IMG/VR virus record: IMGVR_UViG_3300027747_002638
Strand: one strand, 5' to 3'
Length of the DNA: 64,000 nucleotides
From: a virus
Position numbers and translations under genes: made by a program. The notes beneath the pieces are model-generated. The model was given only the letters and a program-made list of their open reading frames with translations, did no database searches and was not told the DNA's origin. Of the stretch, positions 28,361-37,734 are shown piece after piece (the stretch's first letter is position 1; each line of letters opens with the position of its first letter).

Positions 28361-28699
28361 ATGATGAGTCATAAACTATGTCAATTAATTGTTAAAAAAT
28401 ATATTAAGGGACAAGTAAATTGGCCTAGAGAAATTAAAATAGCTCAAAAACTAGTAAAAAAGTTTAAATCATTCGAGTTTTGGGATAACCTTAAAGAGCT
28501 TGGAAGTCCACCTCCATCTTTAGCTTGGTTTTTAAAGAGCGAAGGTAAGGCTTTTCTTATCAAGGAATACGAAAGTTTTAATATGAATTTTGATAAAAAA
28601 GTAATAGATTTAAAACAAAATAAAATTTCAGAAGATAAAAACATTTGCCAAAAGCCTAAAACTCTGCTAGAATTTATAAGATATGGGAAGAAAACCTAA
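28361..28699 (+). CDS. Hypothetical protein
   Basis: 112-aa ORF heading the recA unit. Confidence 0.6.
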   Translation: MMSHKLCQLIVKKYIKGQVNWPREIKIAQKLVKKFKSFEFWDNLKELGSPPPSLAWFLKSEGKAFLIKEYESFNMNFDKKVIDLKQNKISEDKNICQKPKTLLEFIRYGKKT

Positions 28700-29822
28700 A
28701 GAAGAAGTCGAACAATCATCTGGTCCATCAGCATCAGATAGATTATTATCATTTTTAAAAGAAAATAAAGAGGATCATTATAATTTTGAAGACGAAGTTT
28801 ATTATAAAGTATCTACTGGTAGCTTGAACCTGGATATAGCCACAAGTGGTGGTTTATGCCCAGGTTTGCATAGATTTATAGGAATGAATGAAGGCGGAAA
28901 AACGTCAGAAGCACTTGAAGTAACTAAGAACTTTCTTAAAACTGTAGACAATTCAAGAGCGTTACTTTTTAAAGCGGAAGGAAGATTAAGTAAAGAAATT
29001 AAAGAAAGATCTGGAATTAAGTTTGTAACAGACCCTAAAGAATGGGTTGATGGAACATGTTTTGTATTTGAATGCAATATTTTTGAAACAGTATCTGAAT
29101 TAATGAAGGATTTAGTTTCTTCTAACGATGAGAATAAAAGATATATATTTATTCTTGATTCTGTTGACGGATTAATGACTAAAGGTGATTCTCAAAAAAG
29201 CATGACAGAAGCAACCAAAGTTGCAGGAGGAGCAGTAATTTCGTCCATGTTGATGAAGAAAATTTCTCTTGCACTTTCTAAACGTGGACACATGGCTATT
29301 TTTATTAGTCAAGTTCGATCAGATATTAAACTTGATCCTTACGCAGCAAATAAAGACGTAAGACAAACTACTGCAACTGGTGGAAATGCGCTTTTGCATT
29401 TTGCTAATTGGATTCTAGAATTTGAACCTCGTTATAATAAGGATTTAATCCTTGAGAAACCAAATGAAAAATATGATCCAGTTAAGAATAAAATTATTGG
29501 ACATAATGTAAAAATTTCAATCAAAAAGTCTACAAATGAATCAACTAATTCTAAAGTTCTATATCCTATTAAATACGGAAGAAAAGAAGGTTCATCCGTT
29601 TGGAAAGAATATGAAGTTATTGATCAAATTTTAGCTTGGGAATTTGCTACTGCAAAAGGCGCATGGGTTACATTCTCGGACGAAATAATTGAAGAACTAA
29701 AGCAAATCAATCTTGAACTTAAGAAACAACATCAAGGCATTGATAATTTAAGATTATATTTAGAAGATAATAAATCAATCGTAGATTATTTTTATAATAA
29801 ATTCATTAAAACTCTTTGCTAA
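28683..29822 (+). CDS. recA: RecA/UvsX-like recombinase
   Basis: VSTGSLNLDIA, Walker A GMNEGGKTS, ILDSV, FISQVR, TGGNALLHFA, KGAW. Confidence 0.88.
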   Translation: MGRKPKEEVEQSSGPSASDRLLSFLKENKEDHYNFEDEVYYKVSTGSLNLDIATSGGLCPGLHRFIGMNEGGKTSEALEVTKNFLKTVDNSRALLFKAEGRLSKEIKERSGIKFVTDPKEWVDGTCFVFECNIFETVSELMKDLVSSNDENKRYIFILDSVDGLMTKGDSQKSMTEATKVAGGAVISSMLMKKISLALSKRGHMAIFISQVRSDIKLDPYAANKDVRQTTATGGNALLHFANWILEFEPRYNKDLILEKPNEKYDPVKNKIIGHNVKISIKKSTNESTNSKVLYPIKYGRKEGSSVWKEYEVIDQILAWEFATAKGAWVTFSDEIIEELKQINLELKKQHQGIDNLRLYLEDNKSIVDYFYNKFIKTLC

Positions 29823-30827
29823 ATGAAGATACTAATAACTGGAGGAGCTGGTGGAATTGGTTCTACTTTAGCTTATGCTTTAAGCAAAACTCACCAAGTT
29901 GCAGTAGTCGATAGTCTTAGAAATGGGTATATTGAAAATTTATCAATAAATAATAAAGAGTTTTGTAAATTTTTTTTATTAGATATAAGATCAAACGCAT
30001 TCATAGAGTTTGTTAAAAATGAAAAGCCAGATATTATAATTCATTTAGCTGCGATTACATCTCTACCAGATTGTGAATCTAATATAAATGAATGCATTGA
30101 TATCAACGTAACTGGAACACTTAATGTTTTAGAATCAGCAAGATTAAATAATATTAAAAGAGTTATTTTCGCAAGTACATCTGCAGTTTATGAAAATAAT
30201 CAAATAGATGAAAACAATGGTTTTACTGAAGACTTAATAGTAAATCCAAGGTTATTTTACAGTTTGTCTAAAAAATTATCGGAAGAAATATGTATATCAT
30301 ACGAAAAAAATTATGGAATGGAAATACCAATTTTAAGACTTTTTAACGTTTTTGGACCAAGACAAGATATACATAGAAAATCTCCTCCATTACTGAACTA
30401 CTTGGTTAGAGAGTTGAAGAATAATAGGCAACCTGTTCTACATTCAAATGGAGAACAAAAAAGAGATTACATTCATATAAACGATGTAATCGAAGCATTC
30501 ACGATATGCTTAACTAACCCTAATGCAAAAAATAATATATTTAATATATCTAGCGGAAATTTGCTTTCAGTAAAAGATATTGTTCGATATACAAAAGAAG
30601 CTTTAGGTATAAACATAGATCCAATATATAGATCAGCGAAAATGCTATGGGATGATTATCCAAAGCTTTTTGAAGGTAAATTATCTTTAGATAAAAACAT
30701 AGTAGAAAAAGAAACCAATAAATTCTCTCTTGGTAATAACTCTAAAGCGAAAAAAGTTTTAAATTGGAATCCTAATGAAAATCTAGAATCACTAATAAAA
30801 GATACAGTTAAACAAATTAAATTATAA
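29823..30827 (+). CDS. NAD-dependent nucleotide-sugar epimerase/dehydratase
   Basis: ITGGAGGIGS, HLAA, NVTGT, YSLSK, R.FNVFGP, RDYIH. Confidence 0.9.
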   Translation: MKILITGGAGGIGSTLAYALSKTHQVAVVDSLRNGYIENLSINNKEFCKFFLLDIRSNAFIEFVKNEKPDIIIHLAAITSLPDCESNINECIDINVTGTLNVLESARLNNIKRVIFASTSAVYENNQIDENNGFTEDLIVNPRLFYSLSKKLSEEICISYEKNYGMEIPILRLFNVFGPRQDIHRKSPPLLNYLVRELKNNRQPVLHSNGEQKRDYIHINDVIEAFTICLTNPNAKNNIFNISSGNLLSVKDIVRYTKEALGINIDPIYRSAKMLWDDYPKLFEGKLSLDKNIVEKETNKFSLGNNSKAKKVLNWNPNENLESLIKDTVKQIKL

Positions 30828-30829
30828 TT

Positions 30830-31249
30830 ATGAGGCTTTTAAATATTAATGGCACACTCACTAATAAAAATGTAAGAAGAAATTTAATAAATTGGGAAGG
30901 CAAAAGTAGAAGTAAATTACAATTTAAATTCAAAGAATTCTTTTATCCTTATTGGAAGAACCATATTGTTTATGAAGAATTTCCAGTTTACGGAAGCATG
31001 CTTAAAGTAGACTTATTAAATGCAACAAAAAAGATTGCTGTTGAGATACAAGGGAATCAACATGAATCCTTTAATAAATTTTTCCATGATAATTCTAGAT
31101 TAAAATATCTTCAAAGTATAAAAAGAGATGTTAAAAAAGAAAAATGGTTAGAAATGAACGATTTTAAATTCCTTGAACTTTACGAAAATGATCTTAAAGA
31201 TTTATCACCACAATATATAGAAGAAAAGTGCGGAGTTTTAATTATTTAA
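30830..31249 (+). CDS. Vsr/DUF559-like PD-(D/E)xK endonuclease
   Basis: EEFPV, KVD, IAVEIQG.QH, RD..KEKW. Confidence 0.7.
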   Translation: MRLLNINGTLTNKNVRRNLINWEGKSRSKLQFKFKEFFYPYWKNHIVYEEFPVYGSMLKVDLLNATKKIAVEIQGNQHESFNKFFHDNSRLKYLQSIKRDVKKEKWLEMNDFKFLELYENDLKDLSPQYIEEKCGVLII

Positions 31250-31255
31250 GTGTAA
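31250..31255 (+). promoter_or_regulatory. GTGTAA putative late promoter within replication region
   Basis: Immediately after stop; 9 nt before GTG 31265 (6 nt before GTG 31262). Confidence 0.6.
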
Positions 31256-31261
31256 AACTTT

Positions 31262-31534
31262 GTGGTGACAAATAAGAAAAAATTTAAAATACCAGATTCC
31301 CTTTTAAAGCAAATAGACGAATGTAGTTTCGGTGGTTATATATTATTTAACTTTTCAAATAAAGGAGATCCTCAAGTTTTTACAAAATTTGATAATCAAA
31401 TTAATGCTATGGCACTATTATATTATTTAAATACATGGGGTCAAAGTATCGATCAACTTAATTTAGAAGCCACAACAGACTTAATCGCTAAGAAAAATAA
31501 TAAAGAATTTGACGACGAAGAAGACGAAGAATAA
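31262..31534 (+). CDS. Small hypothetical protein with acidic tail
   Basis: 90 aa, ends DDEEDEE; resembles the 37504 ORF. Confidence 0.65.
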   Translation: MVTNKKKFKIPDSLLKQIDECSFGGYILFNFSNKGDPQVFTKFDNQINAMALLYYLNTWGQSIDQLNLEATTDLIAKKNNKEFDDEEDEE

Positions 31535-31538
31535 TAAC

Positions 31539-31567
31539 TTGACTTTTAAATTTTAAATTGGTATTAT
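31539..31567 (+). promoter_or_regulatory. Sigma70-type promoter
   Basis: TTGACT-N17-TATTAT with TG extension; 10 nt before dnaB ATG. Confidence 0.7.
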
Positions 31568-31577
31568 ATAAAACTGG

Positions 31578-33062
31578 ATGATTTACTCATTACAAGTAGA
31601 AAGACACGTTTTAAGCGGCTTATTAAAGCATCAAGACTTATTTGCTGATATTGATGTATTTTTAACTGAAAATGATTTCTATAATGATGTTCATTCAACT
31701 ATATATTCAGTTTTTAAAAATATAAAACATAAAGGTGAAAATGTAGATAAAATCCTTTTAGCTGAGAAGATTAAAAATCTAGGAATATCGTTTAAGGATG
31801 AAATCAATATTTTTGATTATATTGATAATTTAAGCTTTTCTCAAATTACAGAAGATGCAACGATTACAGCTTGCAAAGAATTAATTAAATTAAGAGTCAG
31901 AAGAGAAATAGTTAATACCGCAGACAAATTAAAAGACTATGTTTCTAAAAACTCAGAAGATTCACTTGATCAAATAATTGGCAAGATAGATCAAATTTAT
32001 AATAAGAAAATATCTTCTTACTCAGAAAATGATGTGCCAGTTAATATCTTTGAAGGAGTCGAAGATTTAATTGAGGAAATAGGTAATTCTCCAAAAGAAG
32101 AAACTGGACTAATTACTCCTTATCCAGAGTTTAATAGAATGTATGGTGGTTTAAAAAATGGAAATATTTATGCTATTGCGAGTAGGCCAGGTCAAGGAAA
32201 AAGTACTTGGTTAAATGATATCTGTTTTAAAACAGCAACTAATCCAAAAAATAAAACTAAAACTCTAATTCTTGATACAGAAATGCAAACAGTAGACATT
32301 CAATTAAGAATGGTTGCCTCTTTAAGTGGAGTACCAGTTTGGTATCTTGAAACTGGTAATTGGAGAAAAAATGAAGAGATGACGAAAAAAGTAAGAGATT
32401 CTTGGGCTAAAGTTAAGAACTATGAATACTTTCATTATCACGTTGGAAATAAAAACATAGATCAAATTTGCTCTTTAATTAGAAGATGGTATTTATCAAA
32501 AGTAGGAAGAGGAAATCAAGCCATGATAGCTTATGATTACATCAAATTAACTGGAGAAAAGGTTGGGCAAAATTGGGCAGAGCATCAAGCTATTGGTGAC
32601 AAGATCGATAAACTAAAAAGAATTTCAGAAGAAATACATTGTCCAATCATAACAGCGATGCAATTAAATAGAACTGGCGAAAGCTTTAACAGAAAAGGTG
32701 CAGAAGTGGTAGATGATAGCTCGGTAATTTCTCTTTCAGATAGACTTCAATGGTTTGCTTCATTCGTAGCAATCTTCAGAAGAAAAACTTTAGATGAGTT
32801 AACCTTAGACGGCCAAGCATTTGGAACACATAAACTAATTCCAACTAAAACTAGATTTCAAGGAAAAGACGCAGCGGGTCATCAAGATTTAGTTAGAAGA
32901 CTAGATTGCACTGGTAAAGAAGTATGGTCTCAAAATTATTTAAATTATAATGTTCAAAATTTTAACATTGAAGAAAGAGGATCACTAATTGATGTTGCCG
33001 AAAGACAAAGAGAGCAATATGAATTAAATGATGCAAACGCTAATGATGGAGAACTATTATGA
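31578..33062 (+). CDS. dnaB: DnaB-like replicative helicase
   Basis: ERHVLSGL, Walker A SRPGQGKST, DTEM, YDYIKL, MQLNR. Confidence 0.9.
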   Translation: MIYSLQVERHVLSGLLKHQDLFADIDVFLTENDFYNDVHSTIYSVFKNIKHKGENVDKILLAEKIKNLGISFKDEINIFDYIDNLSFSQITEDATITACKELIKLRVRREIVNTADKLKDYVSKNSEDSLDQIIGKIDQIYNKKISSYSENDVPVNIFEGVEDLIEEIGNSPKEETGLITPYPEFNRMYGGLKNGNIYAIASRPGQGKSTWLNDICFKTATNPKNKTKTLILDTEMQTVDIQLRMVASLSGVPVWYLETGNWRKNEEMTKKVRDSWAKVKNYEYFHYHVGNKNIDQICSLIRRWYLSKVGRGNQAMIAYDYIKLTGEKVGQNWAEHQAIGDKIDKLKRISEEIHCPIITAMQLNRTGESFNRKGAEVVDDSSVISLSDRLQWFASFVAIFRRKTLDELTLDGQAFGTHKLIPTKTRFQGKDAAGHQDLVRRLDCTGKEVWSQNYLNYNVQNFNIEERGSLIDVAERQREQYELNDANANDGELL

Positions 33063-33715
33063 ATGTAGAATTAATATCAGTAACAAATCCTAAAATGAAT
33101 CGAATTAAAAATGCAGAAGATTTAGTTGCATTTTGCGCTAGAGTTAGCAATCCTTCAAATCAAATGAATGTTGAAACTGCACCAAAGCTTTTAAAATTTT
33201 TAATAAAACACAAACATTGGAGTCCATTTGAATTAGTTGATATGTGCGTTGAAATTAAAACTAGTAGAGGTATTGCAGCGCAAATTCTTAGACATAGATC
33301 ATTTAGTTTTCAAGAATTTAGTCAAAGATATAGTATCGCCAATGAATTTGAAGACATAGAGCTTCGTATGCAGGGAGATAAAAATAGGCAAGTTGGAGAG
33401 AAACTATTACCAGTTAATACGGACGCATACGATAAAATCAATGAACTTTTAATAGAATCCCTATCTATTTCACAACATTGTTACGATACAATGATTGAAA
33501 ATGGCGTAGCTAAAGAAGTAGCTAGAATGGTTTTGCCATTAACAACTCAAACTACAATGTACATGAAAGGATCATTAAGAAGCTGGATTCACTACATCGA
33601 GTTAAGAACAGAGCAGAATACTCAAAAAGAACATAGAATTATCGCAGAAAAATGTAAAAAAATCTTTATTAAACAATTTCCAGTTATAAGCGAGGCTTTA
33701 GAATGGAAGAGTTAA
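33059..33715 (+). CDS. thyX: Flavin-dependent thymidylate synthase
   Basis: HWSPFE, RHRSFSFQEFSQRY, EVARMVLP, QKEHR. Confidence 0.95.
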   Translation: MNVELISVTNPKMNRIKNAEDLVAFCARVSNPSNQMNVETAPKLLKFLIKHKHWSPFELVDMCVEIKTSRGIAAQILRHRSFSFQEFSQRYSIANEFEDIELRMQGDKNRQVGEKLLPVNTDAYDKINELLIESLSISQHCYDTMIENGVAKEVARMVLPLTTQTTMYMKGSLRSWIHYIELRTEQNTQKEHRIIAEKCKKIFIKQFPVISEALEWKS

Positions 33716-34608
33716 ACGTTTACCAAGTCCTAACAGATCTTGGATATCAATTAAAAGATTATGGTAAAGAGTTTAGAACAAAGCCTTTATACAGAGAAAG
33801 TGATAATGATACAGTATTAAGAATATATAAAGATACTGGCAAATGGTTTGATTTTAAACAAAATATAAGTGGCGATATAAATTCTCTAGTTAAATTAACC
33901 TTAAAACTAGAAGATATGAGCCAAGCTCAACAATGGTTGAAAAATAAAAATTTTGTTTCAAATAATGCTACTGAAATTAATAAACCACTTATAAAGTCTT
34001 CGAAAAAATTTGATACAGAAATCTTATCTAGATTAGAAGACAATCAAGATTATTGGATCAATAGAGGAGTCGATATCGAAACGTTAAAGACCTTTAAAGG
34101 TGGAGTTGCAAAAATGGGAAAGATGAAAAATCGATATGTGTTTCCAATATTCAATTCAAAAAATAACATTATAGGATTTTCTGGCAGAGATATTACAAAT
34201 TTATCTAAAATAAAATGGAAACATCTCGGTGAAAAAACAGAGTTTCTTTATCCATTATTTCTTAATTCAGAAATAATACAAGAACAAAGAGAATTAATTT
34301 TAGTTGAAAGCATTGGAGACATGCTGAGTCTTTGGCAAGCTGGAATTAAAAATACCTTAGTTACATTCGGAACGAGCTTAAGTTTAGCGATTTTAAATTA
34401 TTGTTTAAAAATTGATCCCAAGAAAATTTATATCAGTTTAAATAATGATTCAAATAAGAATAACGCTGGAAATATTGCAGCAGAAAAAACTCAAGCTAGA
34501 TTAAGTAGGTATTTTGATAAAAGTCAATTAAAAATATCCTTACCACCCAAAAAAGATTTTGGTGAAATGATAAAAGAAGAAATAGTTCAATGGAAAAACA
34601 ATCTTTAA
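33703..34608 (+). CDS. dnaG: DNA primase (TOPRIM)
   Basis: RYVFPI, GFSGR, KWK, LVESIGD, NND...G, KDFGE. Confidence 0.8.
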   Translation: MEELNVYQVLTDLGYQLKDYGKEFRTKPLYRESDNDTVLRIYKDTGKWFDFKQNISGDINSLVKLTLKLEDMSQAQQWLKNKNFVSNNATEINKPLIKSSKKFDTEILSRLEDNQDYWINRGVDIETLKTFKGGVAKMGKMKNRYVFPIFNSKNNIIGFSGRDITNLSKIKWKHLGEKTEFLYPLFLNSEIIQEQRELILVESIGDMLSLWQAGIKNTLVTFGTSLSLAILNYCLKIDPKKIYISLNNDSNKNNAGNIAAEKTQARLSRYFDKSQLKISLPPKKDFGEMIKEEIVQWKNNL

Positions 34609-35555
34609 AAGTATTATCTGCTTCTAGAATTAAAACTCTTGAGACTTGTTCTTGGGTTTATTGGAATAACTATCATACGAAAGTTCCTCAAAGTCAAAAC
34701 GATGGAGCTTTAAGAGGAACAATATGTCATACAATTTTTGAATTACTATTAAAGAAAAGACATCTTAAAAATTACAAAAGAATAATAAAAAAGAACGCTA
34801 TAAATGGAGATGAAGGAGTAGATAGGTTAGTTAAAAAATTATCAGCAAAAGTTAAACTTGATGAAAGCAATTACAAACTATTAAATGACATGATTTTAGT
34901 TGGTCTTAAAAACGACTTTTTTGGAGAAGGCGGGGAAATCGTTAAACCAGAGTATGATTTTGAAATTAAAAATGACGAGCCCAAATACCATATTCGTGGT
35001 TTTATAGATAAGCCTATTAAAATCAAAAAAGAAATGCATATAATAGACTACAAAAGCTCCAAATACAAGTTTAGGGGTGATGACCTTGAAGCTAATATTC
35101 AAGCTATGATGTATAGTCTAGCGAGTAAAAAATTATGGCCAAAATTAAAGCCAATAGTAAAATTCTTATTTCTTAGATTCCCAAAGCAACCTATTCAAGA
35201 ACTAGTATTTGATGATGATCAAATTAAGGGATTCGAGCATTATCTTGAGCATATTAATAACTACGTTAATAAATTTGACGAAGAATCTGCTAGATCAAAC
35301 TTCGCTGTAGATAATGTTAAGAATAAATGGATGTGTCAAGTCGGTGGATGGAAATGTCCATATAAAGATCCATATAAATATTATGTTAAACTAAATGATA
35401 AAGGCGAAGTAGTAGAAACTAGTCTAGAAGATAACTTTAAAGATATCAAAGGATTTAAAGTAGAAACTCGAACATATCAAGGATGTCCAAAGTTCCAAAC
35501 TAGTTTAGCTAAAGACGACTTTTTAGATGATTCAAAAGACGAATTTTTAGATTGA
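34590..35555 (+). CDS. PD-(D/E)xK exonuclease (AddB/Cas4-like)
   Basis: LSASRIK..ETC, RGTICH, GFID, IIDYKS, C-terminal Cys cluster. Confidence 0.8.
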   Translation: MEKQSLKVLSASRIKTLETCSWVYWNNYHTKVPQSQNDGALRGTICHTIFELLLKKRHLKNYKRIIKKNAINGDEGVDRLVKKLSAKVKLDESNYKLLNDMILVGLKNDFFGEGGEIVKPEYDFEIKNDEPKYHIRGFIDKPIKIKKEMHIIDYKSSKYKFRGDDLEANIQAMMYSLASKKLWPKLKPIVKFLFLRFPKQPIQELVFDDDQIKGFEHYLEHINNYVNKFDEESARSNFAVDNVKNKWMCQVGGWKCPYKDPYKYYVKLNDKGEVVETSLEDNFKDIKGFKVETRTYQGCPKFQTSLAKDDFLDDSKDEFLD

Positions 35556-35580
35556 TATATTTATAAATTCTTGTTATATT
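35552..35580 (+). promoter_or_regulatory. Sigma70-type promoter
   Basis: TTGATA-N17-TATATT with TG extension; 7 nt before ATG 35588. Confidence 0.6.
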
Positions 35581-35587
35581 GGTAAAA

Positions 35588-36325
35588 ATGATACCTTTAT
35601 TTAAATCTCATTATTCTTTAGGAAGATCCATTCTTACATTAGAAGATAAACTTGAAAGAGATGAATATCCAGACTCTATTATTCAAATCGCAAAAGAGAA
35701 CAAATTAAGTGAAATATTTTTAGTTGAAGATAATATGTCTTCTTTTCTAGAAGCCTATACAAACACAAAGAACAATAATATTAAATTAAATTATGGGTTA
35801 AGAGTTTCCGTAACGGAAAATATAAGTGATAAAACAGATGAATCTAGACTTAAAAATTCAAAATTTATTTTATTTTTTAAAAATAAAAAAGGATATGAGC
35901 TACTCACTAAACTATTCAGTATAGCTGCAAAAGATGGTTTTTATTATGAACCAAGACTTGATTATTCAACTATAGAAAAAAATTGGACAGAAGATTTAAT
36001 ACTGGCGATTCCATTTTATGATTCTTTTATATTTAATAATACATTAAAAAATACCATATGCGTACCTCAACTTAATTTTACAAAACCTATAGCATTTATT
36101 GAAGATAATGATTTACCTTTTGATTTAATAGTTAAAGAAAAAATGCTATCTTTCGCAGAGAAAAATGATTTAGAAGTTTTTAACACAAAGAGTATTTATT
36201 ACAATAGTAAAAAAGATTTTAAAACATATTTAACTTTTAGATGTATTAATAATCGTAGTATCCTAAATAAACCAGAGTTAGATCATATGACAAGCAATGA
36301 ATTTTGCTTTGAGAGCATAAAATGA
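35588..36325 (+). CDS. Stand-alone PHP domain of DNA polymerase III alpha
   Basis: FKSHYSLGRSIL, GLR, FFKNKKGY..L.KL.S.A..DGFYYEPRLD. Confidence 0.8.
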   Translation: MIPLFKSHYSLGRSILTLEDKLERDEYPDSIIQIAKENKLSEIFLVEDNMSSFLEAYTNTKNNNIKLNYGLRVSVTENISDKTDESRLKNSKFILFFKNKKGYELLTKLFSIAAKDGFYYEPRLDYSTIEKNWTEDLILAIPFYDSFIFNNTLKNTICVPQLNFTKPIAFIEDNDLPFDLIVKEKMLSFAEKNDLEVFNTKSIYYNSKKDFKTYLTFRCINNRSILNKPELDHMTSNEFCFESIK

Positions 36326-36861
36326 TAACAGAAGATTATCAAGTAATTCAAGACCCTATTGTTATCGTTAATAAATACAACGGCAAAACAAGACAACTAT
36401 CTTCAAATGAAGATAGAACTCACGATTACAGAACTATGTTAATGGAAGAAAATCGTCTATATGCTATAGATTTAGATTTAATTTGTCTTAAGTATGTTGA
36501 AAATAAAGCAGTTTATGTTGCAGGATTAGAATTAACAAGGATAGGCGATCATCATTCTGGAGATCCAGATATTAATTTTTTTATAAAAGTTGTCAACAGA
36601 TATAGAGCTCAAGGGCAAAAAAAATTAAGCGTTGATATAACTAGCAAATTACATTGCCCATCAATTATCGTTGCGTTTTCTAGAGATTTAATGGACTTCT
36701 ATCTTTACAACTTGACAAAGGATGATAACAAATGGTATTATCAAAATAGATTGAAACACCTAGAATGGCATTACCTAATAAGAGATAGAGAAATTCCAAA
36801 AGAACTTTATGAAGATAAAAAAAATGATATGAAATCAATTCAAGGATCATTTACAATATAG
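36322..36861 (+). CDS. Hypothetical, possibly divergent PD-(D/E)xK nuclease
   Basis: AIDLD...GLELTR pattern; ATGA-coupled to PHP gene. Confidence 0.5.
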   Translation: MITEDYQVIQDPIVIVNKYNGKTRQLSSNEDRTHDYRTMLMEENRLYAIDLDLICLKYVENKAVYVAGLELTRIGDHHSGDPDINFFIKVVNRYRAQGQKKLSVDITSKLHCPSIIVAFSRDLMDFYLYNLTKDDNKWYYQNRLKHLEWHYLIRDREIPKELYEDKKNDMKSIQGSFTI

Positions 36862-36863
36862 TT

Positions 36864-37502
36864 ATGGACGAGCATTTATTAAGATATAATAAAGATAAAA
36901 CTTTGGTATTCATAGATTGTGAAACATTTAATTTATGTTTAAATTTTTGTCATAATATTCCTTGGCAAATAGCTATGCTAAAAGTAAAAGGAGATAAAAA
37001 AATTGATCAAAAGAACTTTTATTTAAAATGGCAAACAGATTTAAAAATAAGTCAAGATGCGGCTAGAATTACAAGGTATGATCACAAAAAAGTTCAAAAA
37101 GAAGGTTACGATCCAAAGGAAGTATTCCCAACAATTAAGGATTGGCTAGATCATGCTGATTATATTGTAGGGCATAATACTTTAGGTTTTGACATTTATC
37201 TTATTAAAGAGTATTATAAATATATGGGATGTAGTTGGCATCATTTAATTAATAAATTTATCGACACTAATACTATGGCTAGAGGAATTAAATATGGCAT
37301 GCCATATAATCCAAAAGAAAGTTTAATAGAATATCAATATAAAATATATCATACAAGGAAAAAAAATGTTAAAAGTTCTCTTACTTTCTTAGGAAAAGAA
37401 AATGGAATAGATCATGATTATGAAAAATTACATGATGCTATTAATGATCTTGACTTAAACTTAAAAGTATGGAATAAATTAAAGTGGCAGGTTGAAATTT
37501 AA
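36864..37502 (+). CDS. DEDDh 3'-5' exonuclease (DnaQ/epsilon-like)
   Basis: FIDCET, GHNTLGFD, IDT, HDAINDL. Confidence 0.85.
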   Translation: MDEHLLRYNKDKTLVFIDCETFNLCLNFCHNIPWQIAMLKVKGDKKIDQKNFYLKWQTDLKISQDAARITRYDHKKVQKEGYDPKEVFPTIKDWLDHADYIVGHNTLGFDIYLIKEYYKYMGCSWHHLINKFIDTNTMARGIKYGMPYNPKESLIEYQYKIYHTRKKNVKSSLTFLGKENGIDHDYEKLHDAINDLDLNLKVWNKLKWQVEI

Positions 37503-37503
37503 T

Positions 37504-37734
37504 ATGGCATCATTAGACGATATTTACGATATGCTTCAAAAGCTAGATGACTCTAATATAGAGTATTTGCTTATTACTGTTCAAAAAGGTAAGAAAAATG
37601 GTAAAGCAGACGTATTCTTTTCGTTAAAAAATGATGATTCCATGAGGATTCTCTCTAGTGGTCTTAAGGAATTTAATAAAGAAATAGATAAAATAAAAAG
37701 AGACGAAGATAAAGACGAAGAAGATGAAGAGTAA
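37504..37734 (+). CDS. Small hypothetical protein with acidic tail
   Basis: MASLDDIY...DEDKDEEDEE; ATG 37504 directly after upstream stop. Confidence 0.6.
   Translation: MASLDDIYDMLQKLDDSNIEYLLITVQKGKKNGKADVFFSLKNDDSMRILSSGLKEFNKEIDKIKRDEDKDEEDEE

Noticed and set aside
34590-35555. Cas4 as part of a CRISPR system
   Set aside because: No other cas genes or array; the context is phage replication
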